Shown: piece by piece, positions 1 to 14,023 of the stretch
Layout: every line of letters starts with the position of its first letter
Numbering within the stretch: the first letter of the stretch is position 1
Assembly (NCBI GenBank): GCA_951406725.2
Contig: OX597818.1
Coordinates: 114,948,001-115,012,000, forward strand
DNA from: Octopus vulgaris
Taxonomy: Eukaryota
Direction of reading: 5' to 3'
DNA length: 64,000 nucleotides
Notes under the pieces: generated by a model
Told to the model about the DNA's origin: nothing
What the model saw: only the letters and a program-made list of their open reading frames with translations
Databases searched by the model: none
Program-made: the position numbers and the translations under genes

Positions 1-168
1 CGACTGATGGTGGTGTATTTACATCCCCGTCACTTAGCTGTTCGGCAAAGGAAACCGATAGAATAAGTACTAGGCTTCCAAAGAATAAGTCCTGAGGGTC
101 GATTTGCTCGACTAAAGGCGGTGCTCCAGCATGGCTGCAGTCATCTAATGACTGGAAGAAATAAAAGA
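1..168 (+). mobile_element. SINE family A, 3' part (cut by window edge)
   Basis: Matches the 3' half of fuller copies at 5752-6172, 12715-13063, 51990-52396 and 53384-53838, including ggcggtgctccagcatgg...cagtc..gactg. Confidence 0.8.
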
Positions 169-574
169 TAATATACATACATACATGCATACATACATAT
201 ATATGTGTGTGTGTGTGTGTATGAAAGAAAAAAGATGTTCAGATGTATATATATATACACAGAGAAAGAAGGAGGTAATTAGACGGATTGTTCGTTTTGT
301 GAGTTTGTGAAGAGGGTGTTGTGTGTGAGTCTGACTGTGTGCAATTGTTACAGATGACGCTCTAGCTATGATAACTTTATTCATTAAGACACTATTCACG
401 GAATAATCATTTTGGCAACACTGCTCTGGCTGTGACGCAAAGGCTTTACAATAGCCAAAGACTTTGCTGCTGAACGTTTGAGACTTACGGATAAATATAT
501 TTTGTAAAAACGATTATTTAGCGTTGAAATGTATTTCTTTTGTTAAACGGAACTTAATACTAAATCTCGTATAC

Positions 575-662
575 CATACATACATAGGGCGTACGTACGT
601 ACATACATACATACATACATACATACATACATACATGCATGCATGCATGCATACATACATTC

Positions 663-695
<33 letters not shown>

Positions 696-770
696 TATAC
701 ATACACACATACACACATACATACATACATACATACATACCCCCCACACACACATACATACATACATACA

Positions 771-804
<34 letters not shown>

Positions 805-1155
805 CACACACATACATACATACACACATACATACATACAAGCATACATACATACATACATACACACATACATACATACATACATACATACATACATACA
901 CACACATATACATACACACATACACACATACATACATACATACATACATACATACATACATACCCCCACACACACATACATACATACATACATACATACA
1001 AGCATACATACATACATACATACACACATACATACATACAAGCATACATACATACATACATACACACATACATACATACAAACATACATACATACATACA
1101 TACATACACACATACATACATACATACATACATATATACATACATACATACATAT
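575..1155. repeat. (TACA)n/(CA)n compound microsatellite with higher-order duplications
   Basis: Direct reading; interruptions such as ccccc-acacac and caagcatac recur. Confidence 0.95.
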
Positions 1156-1159
1156 ATCA

Positions 1160-1312
1160 TTCTTTCTCCGTTTATTTTCTCTTATTCCTTGCTGTCGAAG
1201 AGCGTAGGCTCGAAACGTAAAATACTTTTTCATTTTTCCAAAGCGTCAAACTAATACATTTGCTTGTTGTTCATACACAGAGTTCGTTTTTTGTTATTCT
1301 ATAAATTTCAAC
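1160..1312 (+). mobile_element. Small PLE-type element family P1 with minimal hammerhead-like motif (1186-1225)
   Basis: ctgtcga-a-gagc-gtag-gctc-GAAA-cg-TA; same element at 10860-11032 and 37290-37448. Confidence 0.6.
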
Positions 1313-1329
1313 TCGATACATACATAATG

Positions 1330-1680
1330 TTAACATATAGCTGAAGATCAGTAAAAAAGAGAACCTCCTATGCTGAACTATTGAGAAATCTACAATTACT
1401 CCATCCAGATTACAAGTTCAGGTTTATACCTGTAATTATTGGGGCTGTGGGATATGTAACACACTGCCTAAATATCAATCTTGAGAATTTAGGCTTCTCA
1501 AAACTAGAAAGGAGAAAGCTAATTCGAAGACTGCAGATCCAATCCATCACTGGAACTGTAAAAGTCAGTAAAACTTTCCAGAAGTTTACCATTTAAATAT
1601 ATATGAGTATGTCTAGATATGTAACTATAAGCATGAGAAGACATACATAAAACAAAGCATACAAATCTGCAGACATACAT
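1330..1680 (+). mobile_element. R4/Dong-like RLE non-LTR retrotransposon, 3' fragment ending in (TACA)n
   Basis: ORF 1381-1596 (YAELLRNLQLLHPDYKFRFIPVIIGAVG...GTVKVSKTF) resembles RLE-LINE C-termini; short 3'UTR then (TACA)n. Confidence 0.7.
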
Positions 1681-1849
1681 ACTTACATGCATACATACAT
1701 ACATACATACATACATACATACATACATACATACATACGTACATACATACATACATACATACATACATACATACATAAATACATACATACATACATACAT
1801 ACATACATACATACATACATACATACATACATACATACATACATACGTC

Positions 1850-2060
1850 ATGGCCAGCTGGTAGAAACGTTAGGACGCCGGGCGAGATGCTTTGCAGTAT
1901 TTCGTCTGTCTTCATGTTCTGAGTTCAAATCACACCAAGGTCGGCTTTGCCTTTCATCCTTTCGGGGTCGATAAATTAAGCACTAGTTACATACTGGGAT
2001 TGATCTAATCGATTGACCCCCTCTCCAAAAATGTCGGGCTTTTTGCCTAGAGTAGAAACA
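1850..2060 (+). mobile_element. SINE family B (tRNA-like head, Meta-like domain), monomer
   Basis: gagttcaaat B box followed by gcctttcatcctttcggggtcgataaattaag. Confidence 0.75.
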
Positions 2061-2094
2061 AATATTGGTTTCAAACTTTGTCACAAGAAAGTGT

Positions 2095-2325
2095 GGGTAA
2101 AATGTATTTCTGTAGTTATAGGTGCGTTAGAAACTCTTCCTAAATATTTGAACTGGACAGAGGAAATAGGTATAAAACCTAGATTAATTTAGCTCCAGAA
2201 AACAGTATTATTCGAGACAGTTAAGATACTTAGGAATGTCTTGACATCTGAGGTTACTGGTTGCCCGATCTTAAGAATTTGTTTTTTTCCAAGAGTCTAA
2301 TCTTTTATGCGTAAATGAAATAATA
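2095..2325 (+). mobile_element. R4/Dong-like LINE 3' remnant
   Basis: Degenerate VVIGALETLPK...LQKTVLFETVKILRNVL, homologous to the C-terminus at 16868-17040. Confidence 0.6.
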
Positions 2326-2796
2326 TCATCGACAACAGCAGCAACAAATATGATTTCTGGTAATAAAATGTACTGACCTCTCAGGTCTCAGCTGTCACAA
2401 AAAATTGATCTGGCTTTCTTTAGACTTATGGTCAATAAATCCATTAGCTTACTTTAACATTTATAATTTCTAATACAGTTGAGTGCACTATCAATAATAA
2501 AAAAAAATTCATGCTGACCTCAATCTATTTCTATTCTGTTGTAATATATATGTTGAGATACGAAAAACATCGGTTTGTAATGTTTGCTTTCAGAAAGGGA
2601 ATAAACGACGGTTATTATAATTCACATCGACGAGGGTTCGCCAGCGACAGTGAACTGATAGAAATGGCTGACAATGAGCAGCGTGGCTTATATTTAGTTA
2701 ACGTTTAATTTTGTGTTCCGAGTTCAAATCCACACACTCCCCCCACCCCAGCTCGCTTGACCTTTCCTGCCTTCAAGCGCAGAGAGGTGAAATATT

Positions 2797-3413
2797 CTTT
2801 TCTATTCTAGGCACAAGGCTCGAACTTTTGGGGGAGGGGGCCAGTTGATTAGATCGACGCCAGTACGCAACTGGCACTTAATTTATCGACCCTCGAAAGG
2901 ATGAAAGGCAAAGTCGATATCAGAGGAATTTGAACTCAGAACGTAAAGGCAGACGAAATAATGCTAAGCATTTCGCTCAGCGCGCTAACGTTTCTTATTT
3001 CTTTATTGCTCACAAGGGGCTAAACATAGAGGGGACAAACAAGGACAGACAAAGGGATTAAGTCGATTACATCGACCCCAGTGCGTAACTGGTACTTAAT
3101 TTATCGAACCTGAAAGGATGAAAGGCAAAGTCGATATCAGCGAAAGTTGAACTCAGAACGTAACAGCAGACGAAATACCTATTTCTTTACTACCTACAAG
3201 GGGGCTAAACATAGACGGGACAATCAAAGACAGACAAACGGATTAAATCGATTACATCAACCCCTGTGCGTAACTGGTACTTAATTTATCGACCCCGAAA
3301 GGATGAAAGGCAAAGTCGACCTCGGCGGTATTTGAACTCAGAACGTAACGGCAGACGAAATACCACTAAGCATTTCGCCCGGCGTGCTAACGATTCTGCC
3401 AGCTCGCCGCCTT
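2797..3413 (-). mobile_element. SINE family B trimer with 16-bp target-site duplication
   Basis: Three tandem units; flanks agagaggtgaaatatt (2781-2796) and agagaggtaaaatatt (3414-3429). Confidence 0.85.
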
Positions 3414-3519
3414 AGAGAGGTAAAATATTATTAAGTATCGAGAAACTATATAATCACTTGTTCCCCCACCTCGCACGAAAATTCCGGGTCTTGTACTGAG
3501 ATACTTATCATGTTCTTGA

Positions 3520-3692
3520 TGCAGTCATTGGACTGCGTCCATGCTGGAGTCATGAACGGTTTCATAAAATAAATAGGCCAGAGTATTATCCTATTTTTCT
3601 TTAAGTTTCGTATTTATTCCATCAGTTTTTTCGCCGAATCCTTAAGTATTGTTGGCGTTGGACTGTCAAGCAGTGTGGGATGACACATACGG

Positions 3693-3726
<34 letters not shown>

Positions 3727-3870
3727 CGGGCTTCCACAGAGTTTCCGTCCACCGAATTCACTCATAAGACATCAGTCCGCTACAGTAAATGGCCCTTGCC
3801 TAAGGTGCGGCGCAGTAGGACTGAACCCAAACCACGAGGTTGTGAAGAGTATTTCTTAACCGCATAGCTT
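3520..3870 (-). mobile_element. Diverged SINE family A copy
   Basis: cagtcattggactgcgtccatgctggag tail and ggactgaacccaaaacc head remnants. Confidence 0.6.
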
Positions 3871-3890
3871 ATACGTAATCAACTATAATG

Positions 3891-4294
<404 letters not shown>

Positions 4295-4440
4295 TTATGT
4301 CTGGTGCATCGGAAATCTGCAATGGCTCCATAACTTCCGTCTCGGCTATAATCTTGGATCCCTAGCAATCCGTTACAGCACGTACCTTGCGTACCTAATC
4401 GCTTACATCACCTGTGAACTAAACCCACATACTTTGTGTT

Positions 4441-4497
<57 letters not shown>

Positions 4498-4502
<5 letters not shown>

Positions 4503-5130
4503 TAATTTTTACTGTATCCCAGTTTTTATACGCTAGGCCACTTGGTGTTTTAAATTGATGTTATTAATTAATATTCAATTTTTTCACCCTTATTGTGATT
4601 TTAATTATAAATTAATATGTTCTCAAACCGGCAGTAAATTACTGGGGTGGTATTTACATCCGGGTTTAGCGCGCGAGAATGAGGATATTTGAACGTAACT
4701 GCAGATATAATCGGCTGTGCCATTCGCCTTTGTTCGGCTTCGTGTGAATGCTGGCGTTCGACTCAGCAAATTATATTTTTTTGGTATACTCTACTGAAGA
4801 TCCGAAAATGATTATGTAAGTAAAATTACACAATCTATTAATGGTGAAACAATTGTATAGAGTTAATCTATTTTTTCGTTATTTTTCATTTGTCCTGCTC
4901 GCTTACATTCTTGGCGCGTTGAACTAATTCTTGAGAACAATTCTTTAGTGGTGGATTCCCTTCGTGGATCTATATCTAGCGTTAGAGTGACCACATGTGG
5001 GCTCTCTCTCATTACTTGTATTAATAATTTTTACTGTATCCCAGTTTTTTATACGCTAGGCCACTTGGTGTTTTAAATTGATGTTATTAATTAATATTCA
5101 ATTTTTTCACCCTTATTGTGATTTTAATTA
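4498..5130 (+). mobile_element. Retrozyme/pLTR-like 522-bp unit plus ~110-bp terminal direct repeat, between (TA)n tracts
   Basis: 4501-4610 repeats at 5023-5130; internal hammerhead motif. Confidence 0.7.
4788..4863 (+). ncRNA. Type I hammerhead ribozyme motif
   Basis: Stem I actcta/tagagt, core CTGAAGA, extended stem II, GAAA, palindromic caattg, cleavage triplet GTA. Confidence 0.75.
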
Positions 5131-5264
5131 TATATATATATATGATAAAGTGTACACTTAAATGCATTAAGAGGTATCCAGCTAGAAGGAACAGCTTAAG
5201 TCCAAACCACTAATTAGGGATAGAATCTCGAAGGGAATGAATAATAAAAACATTTACCAACTAT

Positions 5265-5336
5265 TACCTGGACCATGGTTTCAGACTTTTTTAGCAAATA
5301 AAATAATTTGCCAGGCGAAGTCTTCATCAACAGGTA
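5265..5336 (-). ncRNA. Type I hammerhead ribozyme motif (C3>U variant)
   Basis: Minus strand: tacctg-TTGATGA-agactt...aagtct-GAAA-ccatgg-TC-caggta. Confidence 0.7.
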
Positions 5337-5751
5337 TGCCTAGATCAAACATATAAGTACAAGGCAAATCCAGCATGTGCCTCTTGCTTGTACATTATAA
5401 TTTTTCAAATCCACCGCGCAAGCGCAATTTTTGCCAACAAAAAACCACGCGGTTTCCTTCAAGCATATTCACTTTCAAGTTGTTGGTAGGTACAGGTCTA
5501 TAGCAGAAGACACTTGCCCAAACTGCTGGGCAATGGTATTGAACTCTAAACTATGTCGTTGCCAAGCAAACTTATTAACTACACAGCCATGCTTTTATCT
5601 ATAAAGAAAACAAATTTGTGTGAGACTCTTTGGACAATGTTAACATTCCTAATGTTGTCTCCGAAGCTAAATCAAGAAAACACAAACTAATCTTTGACAC
5701 TGATAAATATCTCTAAAATAAATGTTGTCAAGAGATAACGAGCATTTTTAT

Positions 5752-6172
5752 CTCTTGTTTACTTGTTTCAGTCATTTGACTGCGGACATGCAGGAGCACC
5801 GCCTTTAGTCGAGCAAATCGACCTCAGGACTTATTCTTTGTAAGCCTAGTACTTATTCTATCGGTCTCTCTTGCCGAACCACTAAGTTACGGAGACGCAA
5901 ACACGCCAGCATCGGTTGTCAAGCGATGGTGGGAGGGGCAAAAGCAGACACACAAACACACACACACACACACACATACGCCCACATACACACACACACA
6001 CACATATATATATATGTATATATACATATATACGACAGGCTTCTTTCACTTTCCGTTTACCAAATCCACCCACAAGGCTTTAAAAGACATTTGCCCGAGG
6101 TGCCACGCAGTGGGACTGAACCCGGAACCATGTGGTTGGTAAGTAAGCTACTTACCACTCAGCCGCTCCTGC
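5752..6172 (-). mobile_element. SINE family A, near full length
   Basis: tRNA-like head (gagtggtaagtagc...ggttccgggttcagtccc), internal (TA)/(TG)n, LINE-like tail gactgaaacaagtaaa. Confidence 0.85.
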
Positions 6173-7499
6173 TTCTATCATCGATGATGTTGTATTTTTG
6201 TTTTGTTTTTACTCGAGGTCAACCTTCTTTGTGCAGAGCTACAATAAAATACGTCAAAGGCAGGAACATCCAGCCTGATTATAGGTGTATTATCAACTAG
6301 ATCCTTTCTTTTCTTGAAATCTGCACTATGTGAATTCAAGCAGATTTCGCTGCTATTTCTAGCACAATGAACAATCATATGCTAATTAACCCATAGCTTA
6401 GACCCTAGCTTGGTGAAAACAGTGGCTAAGGGGTAGTTCCACGCTTCTAAAAAACCTGGAGCCGCCGAACCAAACCCGTTCCCGGATGTAGTTTAAAGTC
6501 ATACCCAGGGGTTCGAAGAGGAAAATGCTCGGGGAGTCAAATCTTAACAACAAAACATAGAGTTTGATAGCATACTATAAGTGTGGCCAATATTTTGCGG
6601 TTTATGTAAGCTCTCCTTGAAATGGGATTATCCAGCTTGTTTAGATTCACAGATGTCAGTTATGCTCCTCATAAAAGAACATAAAGCAAATAGTCCAATC
6701 TCTCGCCTACATATAAATCTATGAATTGATCAGCATTTGGATGACGTTTCCATGCAATTGAAATACGCTCCACCTTATCACTAACTTTTTTCGCGTCTGT
6801 GGAGGAATGAGGGGGATGAATGAGTCATATGATTTAACACTTCTTTTAAAGAATATTCGTGAGGGTGTCCTCCATCTTTAACTTATTTTCTCGGCTCATT
6901 GACAGTGTTCAACGGAAAAAGAGCGGGTAGGGTTTTATGTTTACAAACGAGAGAAAATACCATTCGCTATTCAATGCAGTGTTGCGCGTAGTTTCGCACG
7001 CTTCAGTTATTCGTTCAGTATTTTAAACAAGATGTGGTAAATGCTTATAAGTGTCACTACATTGCATCAGATGTTTCAACTGTGTCCAACTAATCCAGTT
7101 ATTAAAACGGCCAGCGATATCCCATAATTGGGAGTCCGAGGTATTATCTGGCTATCGTTCTCAACGAAATTACTTGATTCGCAGTTTCTACAAGTCTAAA
7201 AATCTAAATCACATCCATTCAATACTACACCTATCAGATCTAAAGAGCGTTGCGAAGTAGTTTTTCCCTCGATGGTAACATGCCTACACTTAGTCACATG
7301 GTAGAATTCCAGGTAACAATATCTCTCATCTGCGAAATATTTCATTGTATCATGATCTGACCAATTAGAATCGCCCTAACTGATGCGTTTTGCACGCAAA
7401 TTCACTTATACCTTCCATATTGTTTGATCCATCGTGCGTTTAAAAAATAATGAGTTAAACTCGGATTAACATTCCAGAAAGTTACTGATTCCTAATAAA

Positions 7500-7640
7500 C
7501 GGGCATATGGCGTAGTGGTTAAGAGCACGGTCTACTAACCCCAAGATTCCGAGTTCGATTCCAGGCAGTGACCTGAATAATAATGATAATAGCAACAACA
7601 ACATCGAAAAATACCTTAGGAATGAGGACCCAAGCTCAAA
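7500..7640 (+). mobile_element. tRNA-headed SINE family H, 3'-truncated before the hammerhead
   Basis: A box tggcgtagtgg, B box gagttcgattcc; highly similar to 53265-53386 on the minus strand. Confidence 0.8.
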
Positions 7641-7644
7641 AACA

Positions 7645-7940
<296 letters not shown>

Positions 7941-7966
7941 CACACATACATACACACACATATACA

Positions 7967-8047
<81 letters not shown>

Positions 8048-8549
8048 TTATACACACAGACATATATGTATATGCGTGATAGCAAGTGAGGTGATCTGAG
8101 ATCGTATATCGAAACTGAAATTGTTTCTTCGTCGACGAGTTATTTTAGACTACTATAAGCACAATTTATTCACAAACATTCTGATGACGGTGCAAGTTTT
8201 GTAAAGTACTTATCCTATATTATAAATTGTTTTTCTGGCAACAGAAAGTTGTTGATAATCCTAAACTTTGTGAATCCATCCATGAAATTGTACCTTAGTC
8301 TCCTATCACCAACGCAAAACACACCACAGACCAAACCTGACCATTCTGGTTTGCAACGGATCTTGGTATTTCAGATGTTTTGATTGATACGGTTTAGAAA
8401 ACGGAAATCATTTAAAGATGAAGCTTGATATTATTTGTTTTTGAAGTTGAAATTTTGCATTGTGTTTTAATATTCGTGCACGGAAATCGACAAAGGAAAG
8501 GAAACGAAAGAAAGAGAAGAGAAAATCCATCGAAGAAATATCAGAATAT

Positions 8550-9505
8550 CGAAGACGACGAGGAGGAGGCAAAGGAGTTGAAGGGTGGGGGTGGAAGGAG
8601 GGGTAGAGTAGGAGAGGTGGAAGAGTAAGGAGCGGTAGAGTAGGAGAGGTGGAGGAGGGGAGGAGGATGAAGACGAAGCGGTGGAGGCGGATGTGGAAGA
8701 GGAGGAGGCGGACGATGAGGAGGAGGAGGAGGGTGATGATAATGATGATGAGGAGGAGGATAATGATGATGATGATGATGATGATTATGGAGATGATGAT
8801 GAGGAGAAGAGGAGAAGGAGAGGTATGATGATGATGATGATGGAAATGATGATGAGGATGATGGTGATGATGATGGTGGTGAGGAAGAAGGTGATGATGT
8901 TGATGGTGGTGGTGGTGGTGGTGGTGGTACTCATGATGATCATGATGACTATGTAGACGTCTACGACGACGATGACGATGATGAGAATAGTGGGAGAAGA
9001 GTGCCGATGCGATGGTGCTGGTGCGGTGGTTATGGTAATGATGATAAAAGCAACAACAACAACAACAATAACAGTAATAACAACAATAATAATGGGGAGG
9101 GGGAACTGAAGTTGATGCTTTTGATTTCAGGAGTATTTAGAACAAAGAGAGAAACAATTACATAATCAAGAATATTTACCTCAGTGATAACTGCAATGAT
9201 GTTGATGGTGGTGGTGGTGGTGGCGGTGGTGGTGGTGGTGGTGGTGGTGGTGGTTGTGGTGGTGGTGATGATGATGATGATGATGAGGAGGAGGAGGAGA
9301 AGGAGGGGGGAGGAAGACGAGGGGGAGGAGGAGGTTGGTGATGCTGGTTGTGACGATGATGATGATGTAATGGGAAGAAGAAGAAGAAGAAGAAGAAGAA
9401 GAAGATAAAGAAAAAGAAGAAGAAGAAGAAGAAGAAGAAGAAGAAGAAGAAGAAGAAGAAGAAGAAGAAGAAGAAGAAGAAGAAGAAGAAGAAGAAGAAG
9501 AAGAA
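8550..9505. repeat. Trinucleotide microsatellite field (GAG/GAT/GGT/AAC/AAG)
   Basis: Direct reading; explains the poly-E/D/M/V/L ORFs. Confidence 0.95.
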
Positions 9506-10533
9506 TTGGAAGAATCGTCATTGTTTTATCGTTTAAACATTTGACATTTCCGCCAATCCAAATAATACAATCAGCCATCGTGAATATCACATGCGATGCT
9601 TTTGCCGAAGAAGGCTGAGCCAAGTGAAAAACGAATGTCGAAAGCAAAAACCATTCAAGAGAGGAAACTACAAAGTTGTTTTGTTATATTCATTAGATTC
9701 ACGAGTCTTAATTATATTAATGTTTTGTCATGAATCGCTGCAGAGGAACAAACTCTAGGAAACTACTTTAACAATTCGTTCAGGTTCATCGACTCATCTG
9801 CTACGAATAATTGCATTTCAGCGTAAACGTGTAAAAAATTCGGAACCATTGTACACAAACACATATGTTTGTATACATATATATGAGTGTATGTTCATTT
9901 TTTGTGTGTCTTGATTATGCATGCACTGACGATTAAAAAGTGCATTTTGTGCATTTAATTATGAAATCATATGATCTGCAGCTGAATCTGCATTTAAAAG
10001 GCTCGTTTCGAGAGTTGCGTTCCCTCGCGTTCGGTACAATATGTTTATTATGGTAGTTTTGACTTGAAGAGTCCCTCCTAGCGTGAGGCATTTATGTATA
10101 GAAATGCCCTTAATATAAATAAATATATTTAAAGGGAATGATTAATAAATTTTTTCCTTGTAAGGTTTTTCACGCTAACTACTTGATAATTTCTTGTAAA
10201 GATTTTATCCTATTTTTAAATTATATATATATATATATATATTCTGCTGCTTAAAATAAAGTATATATATATATAGGTGAAAGCTAGGTATGCTGAGAAT
10301 AGAAATCATGTTGTACTTATTCTTCCAGGGCAAGCGCCGCGGCGTCAAGAGTGGCTATAAGAGAAATCTAAGACAAACTAATATGCAGGTAGTGATGCAA
10401 ATAAACCCAATTAGACTTCACAAATCACACACACACATATGTATATATATATACAAGTATATGTATATTTGGTTGGTAAGCAAGCTATTTACCACACAGC
10501 CCCTCCTACGCCTATATATATATATGTACATAT

Positions 10534-10565
<32 letters not shown>

Positions 10566-10859
10566 ATATCATCTCCTCCCCCCCTCCCCCTCTCCTCCCT
10601 CCTCCTCCACTCTCCCCCTCATCTTCCCTCTCTACACTACACCATACGACATTACACATCACATCATACATACATACACACGTCCAGACCTTTCATATGC
10701 ACCACATACTCTCTCATACACACACGCACCCTTATGTTGGGGCGAAGTCATTTGACCCTGTTATCTCCCCTATTTTCGCTCTTGCGTCTCACGTTTGATC
10801 TCTGACTTCTGGCCAGAATCAGATCGCCATGTTGAATCGCTAGCTTCTGCACGCATTTT

Positions 10860-11132
<273 letters not shown>

Positions 11133-11499
11133 GAAGCGGTGGTTGGGAAGTGAACTTCTTACAAGGCCTTTGCCTTTTGAGGAAAATTACAGCAAATAAA
11201 ATTATTCTAAGATTGAACTCAGTAATTTGTGGACAATATTTGGGAATCAGATAGTAAAGTGTTAACTGCAAAGGATTTACATTCGTTTCAAAAGCTTGGC
11301 GGAAACGATTCTGAAAGAAAATTGGTAAAATACATCACTTCAGAGAATTGTCTTACGTTCGGTTGATATTTTTTTTCTCAGCAATTATGCTAAAACAATA
11401 AAACCTTGCGCGTGAACACGCACTCACACATACACACATACATACACACACACTCATGTATCTGTACTTATATGTAAATATATGTATATATACATTCAT

Positions 11500-11839
11500 T
11501 CATATCTACCTATCTTTCTTTCTTTCTTTCTATCTATCTATCTGTCTGTCTATCTGTCTATCTATCTATCTATCTATCTGTCTATGTATCTATGTATCTA
11601 TCTATTTATCTATCTATTTATCTATTTATCTATCTATCCATCTATCTATCTGTCCATCTATGTATGTATGTATGTATCTATCTATGTATCTAATTATCCA
11701 TCTATTTATCTATCTATTTATCTGTCTGTCTGTCTATCTGTCTATGTATCTATGTATCTATCTATTTATCTATTTATTTATCTATTTATCTATTTATCTA
11801 TCTATTTATCTATCTATTTATATATTTATCTATCTATAC

Positions 11840-11881
<42 letters not shown>

Positions 11882-11910
11882 TTATCTACCTATCTGTCTA
11901 TCTATCTATT
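11500..11910. repeat. (TATC)n microsatellite
   Basis: Direct reading. Confidence 0.95.
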
Positions 11911-12236
11911 TCGTCTGTCCCTTTTAAATGTTAGTGTTTTGCTGTCTGCCTTGAAGCAGACCTTTCCGTTGTCACTGCCTGATATTTATGATTGATCTTT
12001 CAAAATAATTTCTTTCTCAACTTACTCAAGATCTTTTGTTGTTTATAAATGGGAGAGAGATAGATAGAGAAAGATACAGAGTAAGAGAAAGCGAGGGAGA
12101 CTCCGAGATAAAGGAAGAGTAAGAGAGTGGGAAAGTGAGAAAGAAAGGAGAGAGAAACAAAGAGGGAGAATGTGGTGATAAAAAACAGAAAGTAACAACC
12201 ACACTCTTACCCGCGCATAGAGCGGGTCACCTTAAG

Positions 12237-12714
<478 letters not shown>

Positions 12715-12715
<1 letters not shown>

Positions 12716-13063
12716 GGTTCCGGGTTCAGTCCCACTGCGTGGCACCTTGCGCAAGCGTCTTCTACTATAGCCTCGGGCCTACCAAAACCTTGTGAGTGGA
12801 TTTGGTAGACGGAAACTGAAAGAAGCCCGTCGTATATATGCATATATATGTATGTGCGTGTATATTTGTGTGTCTGTGTTTGTCCCCCTAGCAGTGCTTG
12901 ACAACCGATGCTGGTGTGTTTATGTCCCCGTACATTAGCGGTTCGGCAAAAGAGTCCGATAGAATAAGTACTGGGCTTACAAAGAATAAGTCCCGGGGTT
13001 GAGTTGCTCGATTAAAGGCGGTGCTCCAGCATGGCCGCAGTCAAATGATTGAAACAAGTAAAA
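12715..13063 (+). mobile_element. SINE family A, 5'-truncated
   Basis: ggttccgggttcagtcccactgcgtggcacc...ggcggtgctccagcatggccgcagtcaaatgattgaaacaagtaaaa. Confidence 0.85.
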
Positions 13064-13589
13064 TATATATATATATATATATATATCTATATATATAGGG
13101 AGAGAGAGAGAGAGATACTGCACATTTGTGATTCCGTTTTATCAAATATTTTTTTTCACACCAGAGTAGTTTCCCTTGAGCTTAGTAACTTTAAACCTGT
13201 AACCACTTCGTCTATTTATCAATGAGACAATTTATCACGTATCCATTCTTCACATTGATGTAACCATGTCATTTTTCTGCAAATACCTTATTGATTACGG
13301 CGTATAGGTGTCGCTACTAGAAACACCACATTTTAAATATTATACTGATGCCGGATCTATTGTGAGTGTTTATGTGTTTACTGGTGTTCGTAGTCGTTTA
13401 TCTTGCTCAATGGAATTAGAAGATGGTGACAGCATCGCCGACGTAAATCTGAAATCTTTCTTGATCCTGAAGCTTTCCTTTCTCTATCATTCCAACTGTA
13501 CCCATCAGTTTTCAGTTTTTATATCTGAGGCTGTGCTATTTCTATTATTTCTGTCTTAAAATGGTAGTTTTTAAATGGAGCTAAGAGAA

Positions 13590-14022
13590 AAAGGCGGCGA
13601 GCTGGCAGAATCGTTAGCATGTCGGGTGGAATGCGTAACCGTATTTCGTCTGCCGTTACGTTCTGAGTTCAAATTTCGCCGGGGTGGACTTTGCCTTGCA
13701 TCTTTTCGGAGTCGATTAAATAAGTACCAGTTACGCACAGTGGTCAATATAATCGACTTAATCCGTTTGTCTGTCCTTGTTTGTCCCCTCTGTGTTTAGC
13801 CCCTTGTGGGTAGTAAAGAAATAGGTATTGCGTCTGCCGCTACGTTCTCAGTTCAAATTCCGCCGAGGTCGACTTTGCCTTTCATCCTTTCGGGGTCGAT
13901 TAAATAAGTACCAGCTATGAACTGGGGTCGATGTAAGCGACTTAATCCCTTTGACTGTCCTTGTTTGTCCCCTCTGTGTGTAGCCCCTTGTGTGCAGTAA
14001 AGAAATAAGAAACGTTAGCACG
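13590..14022 (+). mobile_element. SINE family B multimer (two units plus start of a third)
   Basis: aaggcggcgagctggcaga head; junctions gaaata|ggtatt and gaaata|agaaacgttagc. Confidence 0.85.
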
Positions 14023-14023
14023 T

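Noticed and set aside
524-1254. Long His/Thr/Tyr/Ile or Met/Tyr/Val/Cys ORFs here and at 7737-8099, 11456-11995, 18295-18789, 40187-42849, 45717-46966
   Set aside because: Translations of stop-free microsatellites, open in several frames on both strands.
6600-7480. Complex non-repetitive stretch, possible decayed transposon or exon
   Set aside because: No motif or convincing reading frame recognised by eye.
7501-7572. Possible tRNA gene (also the heads at 28370-28442 and 18676-18745)
   Set aside because: Acceptor stem is not intact and each head continues into a repeated SINE body.
8681-9647. Acidic, poly-Leu and poly-Val ORFs
   Set aside because: Trinucleotide repeat field with no complex coding sequence.
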